The notes beneath the pieces are model-generated. The model did not search any database and had not been told where the DNA came from. It was given only the letters and a program-made list of their open reading frames with translations. Shown here one piece after another: positions 19,346-27,462 of a DNA stretch of 64,000 bases (position 1 is its first letter; every line of letters starts with the position of its first letter). Position numbers and translations under genes: made by a program. Source of the stretch: an uncultured Candidatus Saccharibacteria bacterium (GTDB taxonomy: Bacteria; Patescibacteriota; Minisyncoccia; Phycocordibacterales; JAKFXT01); assembly GCA_964541455.1 (NCBI GenBank), contig CAZIPS010000001.1:1709-65708 (forward strand), in the 5' to 3' direction.

Positions 19346-21136
19346 CTAAAGGTCGAGATTAAAATGAGTACTTAAAATTGCAAGGGAACAATAGAGATGA
19401 CTATACTTCCCAGGCCAGGTAGCACTTTTTTCAATTTCTTTTTTAATAAGCGGCCAGTCGATGAGGCCTCCCCCACGTTGCGTGTTAATAATGTCGAGGA
19501 ATAGGGATTTGAAACGTGCATCGTACCAGTATTCAATCGGTGCTCGCCAACCAGTTTTTTTCTTGCGCTCGGTAATATAGGAAGGAAGTCTGCCAGTAAA
19601 AAGTTTCCGTAGATACACTTTGTTTTCAGTATCATTTCGATACTCGTTTTCTTTAAGTACACTATCAATAAAGAGGCGGAAGGGATGATATGAAAGCGGG
19701 GAGCGCAACTCAATTGACTCGTGCATATATAGTTTATCACTTCGAATGAAGTTTTCACCAGGGAGCCAAAGGAAGCGGTCCCCGAGCATCATGTCATACA
19801 TACCGCTATCCTTCTTTTGTGCATAAAGGTTATAAAGTGGGTCAAGCGCTTTGTGGAGTGTGGGAAGTGGTGAGAGGGTGCTTTTTGTTGGAGTACGTGT
19901 AAAGCGTTTAAAAAAGGCAAAGCGATCAGCAACCTCTTTAAAATCATAGTGGGTGTTATTGCGATAATTTTTTAGTAACGAATAAAGGGGAGGGGTAAGG
20001 AGGCTCATTTGTTGTTTCATTTTTTGTGCGTCACGATAGTATGGGTACCCACAAAAAAGCTCATCTCCGCCATCTCCCGAGAGAATAACTCTTTTATGAT
20101 CTCCTCTTACGCCTTCGGTCTGGGCGGTTATTAAATAGGTAGGGAGCGAAATATTGTAATTAGGTTCCTCGATTGTTTTATAGCTTTCAACAAACGCCTT
20201 GTAGTAAGTGTCTTTGGTCACGAGTATCTCATGATGCGAGCTGTTGTAATCTTTTGCTAAACGTTTTGCGAGTTCAGCATCCTCATTAAAATTATCTTTT
20301 TCTATATCAAAGCGGGTAGTATAGGAGTGTACAGTATGCCCACGGCGTTGCATGAGGTCGAAAAGTAGTGATGAATCAAGGCCTCCTGAAAGATTAATGG
20401 CAACTTCCTGTTTACTTAAAAGATGTTCATCGAGGAGTTGCTCAAAGGCCCCCATACCTTTTTCTTGATAGTAATTTGGGGCAGTGCTTTTATAGAAATC
20501 GTATGAAGAAGTGTTATCTAGAATGTTATAGGTAAGACAACTTGAGGGTTCAAGTTTTTTTATGTACTTAAAAAGTGTAAGATCGCCAAAAAGATATCCA
20601 AAATTGAGCGCAGTAACCACCGCTTCTTCACTTCCTGAACGATCAATATGTGGGTGGGTTACAATACTTTTTATTTCTGAACTAAAAATAAAATCATTTC
20701 CTTTGAGGTAGTAGTACACACCTTTTTGTCCCGTGGGGTCGCGATAGAGTTTAATGACCCTTTCTTGTTTGTTGTAGAGCGCAATACCGAACATCCCGTG
20801 GATGTGGTAAATAAAATCCCAGCCATATTTTTCAATGGTGGCAAACAGGATAGCGGTATCAAGATCAGTATGTTCATAGGAAGCAGGAAGTTCTTTTTTA
20901 AGTTGCTCGGTATTGTAAATCTGTCCATTAAAAAGAAGTACCCATGGAGAACCCTCTTTAACAAACGGTTGTTGTGAATGGCTCGCTGCTTCACGAATGG
21001 AGAGAAGAGTGTGGCCAAGTGAAATAGTCTTGTCTATGTATGTTCCAGAAAAATCTGGTCCGCGGTGAGAAAGTGCAGCATTCATTTTTTGGAGTGCTTC
21101 TTTGTTGTTTCCTGTAAACCCGTTAATTCCACACAT
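19346..21136 (-). CDS. asparagine synthase (glutamine-hydrolysing) family amidotransferase, second copy
   Basis: N-terminal MCGINGFTG (Ntn Cys). PP-loop SGGLDSS. 596 aa. Confidence 0.8.
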   Translation of the reverse strand: MCGINGFTGNNKEALQKMNAALSHRGPDFSGTYIDKTISLGHTLLSIREAASHSQQPFVKEGSPWVLLFNGQIYNTEQLKKELPASYEHTDLDTAILFATIEKYGWDFIYHIHGMFGIALYNKQERVIKLYRDPTGQKGVYYYLKGNDFIFSSEIKSIVTHPHIDRSGSEEAVVTALNFGYLFGDLTLFKYIKKLEPSSCLTYNILDNTSSYDFYKSTAPNYYQEKGMGAFEQLLDEHLLSKQEVAINLSGGLDSSLLFDLMQRRGHTVHSYTTRFDIEKDNFNEDAELAKRLAKDYNSSHHEILVTKDTYYKAFVESYKTIEEPNYNISLPTYLITAQTEGVRGDHKRVILSGDGGDELFCGYPYYRDAQKMKQQMSLLTPPLYSLLKNYRNNTHYDFKEVADRFAFFKRFTRTPTKSTLSPLPTLHKALDPLYNLYAQKKDSGMYDMMLGDRFLWLPGENFIRSDKLYMHESIELRSPLSYHPFRLFIDSVLKENEYRNDTENKVYLRKLFTGRLPSYITERKKKTGWRAPIEYWYDARFKSLFLDIINTQRGGGLIDWPLIKKEIEKSATWPGKYSHLYCSLAILSTHFNLDL

Positions 21137-21240
21137 ATGGCATTAGCATAGCATTTTATCTATAAACCCGCGGAAGTGGGTAAAGGTGACTTTTTAGAGG
21201 CAGGAGTGTTTTATGTGCTAGCATACACACTACCTAACCA

Positions 21241-22245
21241 GTGTTTACCATGGCTACTGTATCTAAGCGAAATAACGCCAAAACCTCCAAAGAAGCTCGA
21301 ATTAAGAGGGTTTTTGGGGCAGCAACGGAAAGCCTAGAGAAGGTCTCTACGACCAGCCAAAGGGCAATTTTGAAGGCAGGGGAGCTTATAGAGGCATCTT
21401 CTGGACTCATTATTACCACAGGGGTCGGAAAGTCTGGTTTTATTGCTGGGAAATGTGCTGCAACACTTACTAGCCTTGGTAGGCGTTCCTTCACCCTAAA
21501 TCCTACTGATGCATTGCATGGAGATGTTGGGGCAGTAGGGAATAGTGATGTAATTATCGCTTTTTCTTACTCTGGAGAAACGGCGGAGTTACTTAAAACA
21601 ATTCGTCATATAAAAAAAGAAACGCGTGCGCGTATTATTGCAATCACTGGAAAAGAAGGAAGTGCGCTTGCCAAACTTGCTCATGTGGCAATTATTACCC
21701 CTATTGTCGCGGAGGGGAGTACACATGAATTGGCTCCCATGGCTTCAACAACTGCAGCGCTTGTGGTAGCCGATGCACTCGCTTCATCTTTAGTTGATCC
21801 ACATATATTTACTCACAAAGCGTTTGCCAAGCTTCACCCAGCAGGATCTCTTGGACTTCAACTTGAACGCGTTCAATCAGTGATGAAAAAAGGAAATAAT
21901 ATTCCAAAGGTGTATGAGCAGGCTTCGTGCAAAGAGGCACTTCTTGAGCTTTCAAAGAAAAAGCAAGGTATTGTTGCTATTGTTTCAAACACACATAAAC
22001 TTTTGGGGGTACTTACTGATGGAGATATACGCCGCGCGGTAATTAGGGGAGTGGATATGAACACGCAGAGTATTAAAACAATGATGACAAAAACCCCCAA
22101 GATAATTTCTAAAGAAGCAACCCTTAAGGAGGCGCTTGTAGAAATGGAACGAGATAATAAAGTAACCAGCCTTTTTGTAGTGAATGCAAAAAAAGAGATA
22201 GAGGGTATCATTCATATGCACCATATTATTGGAGTGGTGGTGTAA
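21241..22245 (+). CDS. KpsF/GutQ-family sugar-phosphate isomerase (SIS + tandem CBS domains; arabinose-5-phosphate isomerase-like)
   Basis: SIS motif ITTGVGKSGFIAGKCAATLTSLG...FSYSGET...ITGKEGSALA. C-terminal CBS pair (VSNTHKLLGVLTDGDIRRAV...VVNAKKEIEGIIHMHHII). Confidence 0.7.
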   Translation: MFTMATVSKRNNAKTSKEARIKRVFGAATESLEKVSTTSQRAILKAGELIEASSGLIITTGVGKSGFIAGKCAATLTSLGRRSFTLNPTDALHGDVGAVGNSDVIIAFSYSGETAELLKTIRHIKKETRARIIAITGKEGSALAKLAHVAIITPIVAEGSTHELAPMASTTAALVVADALASSLVDPHIFTHKAFAKLHPAGSLGLQLERVQSVMKKGNNIPKVYEQASCKEALLELSKKKQGIVAIVSNTHKLLGVLTDGDIRRAVIRGVDMNTQSIKTMMTKTPKIISKEATLKEALVEMERDNKVTSLFVVNAKKEIEGIIHMHHIIGVVV

Positions 22246-22254
22246 CCATAGACT

Positions 22255-23724
22255 ATGGCCGATCAAAATCTTACTTACGCTCGTGAATTGTTGTTACGTA
22301 TTAACAACCTCACTATTTCAGGAAAGTCGCTTGCTGATTATTTTGCGTACGATACGTATTCACTGTGGCAGTGTTATCAGGAGGCGATTTTTGCAGATCT
22401 AAAGGTATTTAGTAGTACTCGTGAAGTGCCTCAAAAAAATTCAAAGGGAGCCTCCTTGTGGCGACGGTGGGGCTCAGGATGTTTGATTTTTATGTTTTCC
22501 CTGCCGGGAATGCTTTCACTATTTTTACGAAAGCCAACAATTATGTTTTACACCATCGATAGAGCAGATGGAGCTTTTTTGGGAGATATGCGTATCGGAG
22601 AAGTATTTAGGTTTTTGTTGGAAAAGAAAATTTCCTTTAAGGAAATTATCCATAGTAGTAACGGCGCCACGCAACGTACTAATTTTTTTAAACGTGGACG
22701 AGCGCCGCTTTACTATGAGGCGCTTGATTTTATATATAAACTTTTCTCTTTAGTTGGGGCTACTAAAAAAAGTTCACTTTCTTTTTTGGAGAAGATCGAC
22801 TATACGTCATTTAAAGATGACAAGGAGCGAGCTTTTATTGCCTTTCTTCTAAAAAAGTATGCAATACTCCGCGATGTTTCAGTGTTTAAAATTACATGGA
22901 GTAGCAAGCTACTTACTTTTGTAAAACCAAAGGCCTTGTTTTTGATTGATGATGGGAGACAGTACTATTTTGAACTACTCGCTGCTGCACGTAATGCATC
23001 AGTACCAAGCTATGCATTCCAACATGGGCACATTACAAAGTATCAAGTCGGCTGGCAGAAACTTCCTCTCTGGCAAGGTCCATACCTTTACCCCGATCAC
23101 TACATGCTATGGAGTGAGTATTGGATTAATGAGCTTTTGCGTTTCAATACTTATATACCGAAAGAGCAGATGGTAATTGGCGGGAGCAAGACGGCACTTC
23201 TTCCACTTGTGCCACATACGAACAATGAGCCACTTAGCGTTGTTATTCCCTACGAAACAATTGCTCCACAAAGTGAGCTTAAACCATACCTTGCCGCGCT
23301 TTGTAATGCTCCACATATTTCAGTAACTTTTAAGCTTCGTCTAGATATGAGCAAGGAAAAGCAGTGTGGTCAGTATGGGTTAGTTGAAGTACCAGGGAAG
23401 GTTGAGGCAGTGACGACACTCCCTCTAAAGGAGCAGGAATATGATGTTGTGCTTGGTGTCTACTCGTCGTATCTTTACGATATGATCGCCTTTGGCGTTC
23501 CTGTAGGGCTACTTGCCACTTCTTTTGATTATGGGATCGGAATGGTTGATAATGGGTTGGCTGATATGGTGCGCGTGGAGCATCTCTTTGATGACATTAC
23601 TCACTTGGCAGCGCTTTCGGATACAGAAAGAGAGAGGCGGCGAACCGTATTGTTTGGAGCGATTCCAAAACAGCTCTATCAAACCCTAGAGGTATTGGGC
23701 CGGGAAAAATATTGGTATGTTTAA
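22255..23724 (+). CDS. hypothetical protein, possible TagF/capsule-synthesis (GT-B-like) family
   Basis: 489 aa with no clear motif. The QHGHITKY...IGGSKTALL segment is weakly reminiscent of CDP-glycerol glycerophosphotransferase/capsule biosynthesis proteins. Context: between kpsF-like and a methyltransferase. Confidence 0.25.
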   Translation: MADQNLTYARELLLRINNLTISGKSLADYFAYDTYSLWQCYQEAIFADLKVFSSTREVPQKNSKGASLWRRWGSGCLIFMFSLPGMLSLFLRKPTIMFYTIDRADGAFLGDMRIGEVFRFLLEKKISFKEIIHSSNGATQRTNFFKRGRAPLYYEALDFIYKLFSLVGATKKSSLSFLEKIDYTSFKDDKERAFIAFLLKKYAILRDVSVFKITWSSKLLTFVKPKALFLIDDGRQYYFELLAAARNASVPSYAFQHGHITKYQVGWQKLPLWQGPYLYPDHYMLWSEYWINELLRFNTYIPKEQMVIGGSKTALLPLVPHTNNEPLSVVIPYETIAPQSELKPYLAALCNAPHISVTFKLRLDMSKEKQCGQYGLVEVPGKVEAVTTLPLKEQEYDVVLGVYSSYLYDMIAFGVPVGLLATSFDYGIGMVDNGLADMVRVEHLFDDITHLAALSDTERERRRTVLFGAIPKQLYQTLEVLGREKYWYV

Positions 23725-24451
23725 CATAATAAAAAAAATACTTTATCCATTAACGAAAGAAATAAGGGCGGTGTTTACGTACCCGTCTAACCGCATTGAC
23801 CTTGAGCAGGATGATTATGATGCTTATTGGGAAAAGAAGCGCGGCGGGGCGCATCTTGCGACGCTTTCTTCGTGGCAGGAGGCACGGGCACGCTATATAG
23901 CAAGTGAAATAATTAAAACATCACCAGTTTCAGTAGTCGATATCGCTTGTGGGACAGGAAATATTTTGAAGTATTTAAAAGATACTATTCCCGGTATGCG
24001 CACTATTGGGGTTGACGTGTCACCGAAAGCACTTCTTGTTGCTAAAACGCTTGGTATCGAAACCAAAGAGACGAGTGATATTTTAAAAACACTCGAGTAT
24101 ATGGACCCTGTTGACTATATACTGTTTCTTGAGATTCTCGAGCATCTTCCAAACGCAGAAATGATTCTTAAGGCAGGGGTAGTAAAGGCAAAACGTGCAG
24201 TATTTTTTTCAATACCAAATACAGGATACATTACGTACCGGCTCAGGCTTCTTTTTGGAAAGGTGCCTGCACAATGGCACCGTCATCCAGGAGAGCATGT
24301 GCGTTTTTGGACTATGCAAGATGTAAAGTGGTGGCTTCGTGCACTTTCAATTGACACGTATACTATCCATACGTACAAAGGAGTGCCCCTTCTTAACAAG
24401 GTTTGGCCAGCGCTTTTTGGCGCCGCCTTTGTTGTTATGATAAGAGTGTAG
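23717..24451 (+). CDS. class I SAM-dependent methyltransferase
   Basis: Motif I VVDIACGTGNILKYL. Post-I acidic GVDVSPKAL. LEILEHLPNAEMIL. Confidence 0.65.
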   Translation: MFNIIKKILYPLTKEIRAVFTYPSNRIDLEQDDYDAYWEKKRGGAHLATLSSWQEARARYIASEIIKTSPVSVVDIACGTGNILKYLKDTIPGMRTIGVDVSPKALLVAKTLGIETKETSDILKTLEYMDPVDYILFLEILEHLPNAEMILKAGVVKAKRAVFFSIPNTGYITYRLRLLFGKVPAQWHRHPGEHVRFWTMQDVKWWLRALSIDTYTIHTYKGVPLLNKVWPALFGAAFVVMIRV

Positions 24452-24463
24452 TAGGATATTTTT

Positions 24464-25303
24464 ATGGAAACATTATTACAAAAAGCAACATTGTCTGATG
24501 TACGCACCGACCCGTATCCTTATCTTGTGCTTACTGATGCAGTGTCTCAAGAACTTTGCGATCAATTACTCACAGAGCTCCCTTCGATTGAAACGCTCAC
24601 ACATCACGAGCCGTTGGGGAACAATAAGCGTTTTGATTATACTGTTGCAGACATTGCAAAAAAAGGGGGTGTAACACCAACATGGAGGGCATTTATTGAA
24701 GCGCAATCAAGCGAGCTTTTTTGGAAGCAACTCATAGCATTGTTTAAACCATCTATACAAAAGTTGTATCCAGACCTCGAGCAAAAATTTGGACCGCTTG
24801 AAACATGGCATATTGGGCATCGTTATCTTGATAGTTTTGATGACAAAACAATTCTTCTTGATGCTCATATTTCCATTAACACTCCCGTGGTTAAAAAGCC
24901 TTCAAGTGTGCGCGAGGCTCACGTTGATGATCCTCGTAAACTTTTTGGAGCGCTCTTCTACCTACGTCTTCCGGGGGATACTACCGAGGGAGGGAATCTA
25001 CAGGTGTTCCGTTATAAGGATAAAAATAAGAAAAAGTTTTTTGGGCAGGGGATAAGTGAAAAGTACATGGAGGTGGTTGAAACAGTACCCTACAAAAAAA
25101 ATGTTTTTGTCCTCTTTATAAATCACCTTGATTCGGTACATGGAGTAACCCCACGTGAGGTCACCAACGTTCCTCGTTATTTTGTGAATCTGATTGGTGA
25201 AATGAAGGAGCCTCTCTTTGACCTTGAAAGTGTGCAGGAGAATATCTGGAAGCGCCGAGTTCGTTCATTTGTAAATACTCATTTTAAAGAACCTCATGCG
25301 TAG
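24464..25303 (+). CDS. hypothetical protein (possible Fe(II)/2OG-oxygenase-like HxD...H motif)
   Basis: AHVDDPRKLFGALFYL ... SVHGVTP spacing resembles the HxD...H facial triad. No confident family call. Confidence 0.25.
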   Translation: METLLQKATLSDVRTDPYPYLVLTDAVSQELCDQLLTELPSIETLTHHEPLGNNKRFDYTVADIAKKGGVTPTWRAFIEAQSSELFWKQLIALFKPSIQKLYPDLEQKFGPLETWHIGHRYLDSFDDKTILLDAHISINTPVVKKPSSVREAHVDDPRKLFGALFYLRLPGDTTEGGNLQVFRYKDKNKKKFFGQGISEKYMEVVETVPYKKNVFVLFINHLDSVHGVTPREVTNVPRYFVNLIGEMKEPLFDLESVQENIWKRRVRSFVNTHFKEPHA

Positions 25304-26099
25304 TTTCCTACTTGCTTCTTACGAGTTTTTGATTCGTATACCTGACATTATTACCCCTCGTTTTGTTAAGGAACGCGCTGACCCTGAACGGTTTGGCATT
25401 GATCAGTTTGTGTTCAATGATCTTGTGCCGCGACTTAAAAAAACAGATCGCTTACTTGATGCTGGTGCTGGTTCTTTCCGCTACAAGCACGCCCTCGATT
25501 TTACAAAATATGAATCAACTGATTTTGAGGATATTTTTGATGCTGACAGCAAGGGTAAACACACATTTACATGCAGTTTAGACAATATTCCACTTCCTGA
25601 TAACCAATATGACGTTATTGTTAATACGCAAGTACTAGAGCATGTTGAGTTCCCAGAAAAGGTGGTATCAGAAATGGCTCGTGTGCTAAAACCAGGTGGG
25701 ACGCTATATCTCACGACGCCTCAAATCTCTCATGTGCATGGGGCACCGTATAACTTTTTCTTCTTTACCCCGTATGGACTTCGCTCACTTTTTGAGCGTG
25801 CAGGGCTTACAGTTGAAAGTATCAGCCCACGTGGAGGGGTCTTTTGGGTACTTGGGAAAATAAGCTCACTACTTCCTTCCTATCTTTTCTACCAGCACGC
25901 CTTCACAGGATTTAAAAAGGGGATTCACTTCAAGCCAAAGTTTCGCTACACTCCGCTTTCTTTTATGCTCATCCCTTTTTATGTTGTTTTTCAACTTATT
26001 CTTGGATACTACATCCCGTTTTTGTGTTTTTATCTCGATCGTCTAGATCGTCAAAAAGATTTTAGTTTAGGGTACGCTTGTATTGCAGTTAAAAAATAG
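25296..26099 (+). CDS. class I SAM-dependent methyltransferase (type 11) with C-terminal membrane segment
   Basis: LDAGAGSF..., VLEHVEFPEKVVSEMARVLKPGGTLYLTTP. Hydrophobic C-terminal 80 aa. Confidence 0.65.
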   Translation: MRSFLLASYEFLIRIPDIITPRFVKERADPERFGIDQFVFNDLVPRLKKTDRLLDAGAGSFRYKHALDFTKYESTDFEDIFDADSKGKHTFTCSLDNIPLPDNQYDVIVNTQVLEHVEFPEKVVSEMARVLKPGGTLYLTTPQISHVHGAPYNFFFFTPYGLRSLFERAGLTVESISPRGGVFWVLGKISSLLPSYLFYQHAFTGFKKGIHFKPKFRYTPLSFMLIPFYVVFQLILGYYIPFLCFYLDRLDRQKDFSLGYACIAVKK

Positions 26100-27344
26100 T
26101 TACGCCATGCGGAGCATAAGGGTGTAAGCGGTGAGAAGCCCGATTGTTTTTGAGGCAATGCGGGCAATGATTGCGCCCCAAATACCAAAGTAATAGATAC
26201 CTACAAAAATAAGAGTGATTTTAATAGTATTTGAAATAACACTTAATGTATATTTTTCTTTTAGGGCAATTTGTGCATCAAGAAGAGAGAGGGGCATAGT
26301 GCCACTCATAAGTATGGTAATGGCAAACACTTGAGAGTAGATAATTGCGGCGTGGTATTGAGGGAAGAAATAATGAAAGAGTATGGGCGCAAAGAAGACG
26401 TAGATGAGAGTGATCGGAACAGTGAGAAGTAAGAGAGTGAAAGATTTTTGTACAATAGTTTTTTTGGCGGCAGATACTTCTTTAAGTGCTAGTTTGGGGA
26501 CGGCGAGCGTCCCGATATTTTTGATGAGGCCTAAGATGTTAGTAGGGATTAAGAGAGAAAAGTTATAAATAGCAAGTTGTATAGGGCCGAAGTAGTGGAA
26601 GAGAATAATGTTATCAACTCGGTCGGCGAGCGCAGCAAAACCGTTAATAATACTCACGTGGGCTCCTAGTCTTTTTGCGTCTGGGTCAATGCGATGGTTT
26701 GGCTTAAAACGAATGTAGGTGTAATAGAAGGCGTACCCGGTGATTAAAAAGTGTATAAGGAAATAGGTACCAACAATGAGCACGGGGTTGTGGGTAAGGA
26801 AAAGAGAAAGGATAAGTACAGAGGTAGCAATAATGCCACGGAGTGCATTTATGGTGCTGCTCACTTTAAAAAGTTTTTTCCCATTAAGGTAGGAAGTGTG
26901 AAGTTCAAAACTGTCTGTAAAGGGAGCAAATGCAGCAGCAAAAAGTAGGCTGTAGCAAAGTACCGTATTTCCATGAAGCGCGTAGTAAAGCGCAAAGAGT
27001 CCCATGCCTGTGGCGAGAAGGCCACTCCACGAAAGATTGGTAAGAAAGCTTTTAAGAAGAGTGCCTTCATTTCCACGAGCAACTGCACGAGTTACTGCAG
27101 GGGAGAGTCCGCTTAGTGAAAATGACATAAACATACCGACCACAGAAAGGATGTAGCGGTAGGTGCCATACACCTCCTGACTTACCAAATGTGCAAAAGC
27201 GATAGCTAGCAGAAAAGATGACCCCATACTAACGATCTGGCCTAAAATAAGCCAAAAACCACCGCCTGCGGCGTAGACCATATCGGTTTTGAAAATATGT
27301 TCGCTTTTGCGTAAAAGGCCTTTAATACGTTCTTTTCCGGTCAT
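26100..27344 (-). CDS. Wzx-like oligosaccharide flippase (MOP/polysaccharide biosynthesis protein family)
   Basis: 414 aa, about 12 TM helices. N-terminal cytoplasmic stretch then GQIVSMGSSFLLAIAFAHLVSQEVYGTYRYILSVVGMF, typical of Wzx/PST transporters. Confidence 0.6.
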   Translation of the reverse strand: MTGKERIKGLLRKSEHIFKTDMVYAAGGGFWLILGQIVSMGSSFLLAIAFAHLVSQEVYGTYRYILSVVGMFMSFSLSGLSPAVTRAVARGNEGTLLKSFLTNLSWSGLLATGMGLFALYYALHGNTVLCYSLLFAAAFAPFTDSFELHTSYLNGKKLFKVSSTINALRGIIATSVLILSLFLTHNPVLIVGTYFLIHFLITGYAFYYTYIRFKPNHRIDPDAKRLGAHVSIINGFAALADRVDNIILFHYFGPIQLAIYNFSLLIPTNILGLIKNIGTLAVPKLALKEVSAAKKTIVQKSFTLLLLTVPITLIYVFFAPILFHYFFPQYHAAIIYSQVFAITILMSGTMPLSLLDAQIALKEKYTLSVISNTIKITLIFVGIYYFGIWGAIIARIASKTIGLLTAYTLMLRMA

Positions 27345-27462
27345 GAAGATGTTATAGGTATGTAACTATAGTACGGCAGGGTTGGTCACTTTGCTAGGCT
27401 AAGGGGGTGGGTGGTATAGTGTGCCCTACGGACAGATGTCTTACAAGTTGTAATTATTTCAC

